From Gammaproteobacteria bacterium (lineage in GTDB: Bacteria; Pseudomonadota; Gammaproteobacteria; Ga0077536), in NCBI GenBank assembly GCA_963662545.2, contig CAXXLL010000002.1:544001-608000 (forward strand): a stretch of 64,000 nt of DNA, written 5' to 3'. The notes under the pieces were generated by a model. The model saw nothing but the letters and a program-made list of their open reading frames with translations. It did no database searches and had not been told where the DNA came from. Positions 63,392 to 64,000 of the stretch are shown here, in pieces. Within the stretch, counting starts at the first letter, position 1. Every line of letters begins with the position of its first letter. The position numbers and the translations under genes are program-made.

Positions 63392-64000
63392 TCAAGCGGC
63401 CAAAAAATAGCCCACCTGCTCGCTCAGCAACTCACATTGTTCTAGCAATGGATCGTGACCACATTCCGGGATCATAGACAATTGCGCACCGCTGATCGAA
63501 TCCCTGAATTCAGACGCATAAACCGGTGGGATCAGACGATCGTTCTCACCCCAGACGATTAGACTCGGGGCGGTGATGCGGTGGATCCGTTTCTTCAATC
63601 CCTTGTCGGGAATGGGCCATATCACCTTGCCGGTACATCCGAGCGTCCAGATGAAGTGGACCTGCGCGCGTGCCGCCTCTTCCTCGTCATCCGGTAAGGC
63701 CAGCCGCCGCTGCACGCGAGGCTCGTCGAGACGATGGAACAAGATCTCCGGCAGATCGTCGAGTTCAGGAGCACACCAATCTGCGACTGTGTAGGGCGCG
63801 TCTTCACGCCAGAGCCCCATGGGGGATATCAATATGAGTTTTGTAATCTGACGCTTTCTCTGCGCCGCCAACTCGCAGGCCAAGAGCCCACCAAATGAAT
63901 GACCCATGAGCGTCGTCTGTTCTAAGCCCAAAGCATCGAGCACGTCATCGTAAGCGGTCACGACGTCCCACAAGCTGTCTACCGCCCTGATCAGATCCGG
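63392..64000 (-). CDS. alpha/beta hydrolase, 5' end beyond window
   Basis: GHSFGG nucleophile elbow, WGENDRLIP, CGH. Confidence 0.88.
   Translation of the reverse strand, partial: PDLIRAVDSLWDVVTAYDDVLDALGLEQTTLMGHSFGGLLACELAAQRKRQITKLILISPMGLWREDAPYTVADWCAPELDDLPEILFHRLDEPRVQRRLALPDDEEEAARAQVHFIWTLGCTGKVIWPIPDKGLKKRIHRITAPSLIVWGENDRLIPPVYASEFRDSISGAQLSMIPECGHDPLLEQCELLSEQVGYFLAA

Overview
The window looks like a Gammaproteobacteria-type chromosome segment. Bases 1-9544 are the tail of a polar-flagellum operon (fliR, flhB, flhA, flhF, fleN, fliA, cheY, motA/motB pair, DUF2802-like). flhA is frameshifted and cheZ/cheA/cheB/cheW are absent. A tRNA-Ser(GGA) at 9678-9768 opens an IS-saturated accessory region (~9.8-43.5 kb) with IS3, IS66, IS6, IS21, IS1595, IS5, ISNCY-type and rve-type elements plus MITEs. 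These elements have broken up several defence loci: a NucS-like/Mrr-wHTH nuclease split by a 10.5-kb IS66-bounded block with an 8-bp target duplication, a 2-spacer type I-E-like CRISPR remnant, and hsdS/hsdR stubs. A 1703-bp IS is present as a near-perfect head-to-tail triplet. Intact cargo on the right includes a three-gene inositol operon matching the di-myo-inositol-phosphate pathway (ino1, IMPase, IPCT/DIPPS), a 724-aa membrane protein, a heme-oxygenase-like diiron enzyme, an aromatic-degradation cluster (flavin monooxygenase, two Rieske dioxygenase pairs, broken hydrolase), a homocysteine-methyltransferase/SAM-methyltransferase fusion and a GIY-YIG protein with reversed domain order. All calls come from reading motifs by eye; no database searches were run.
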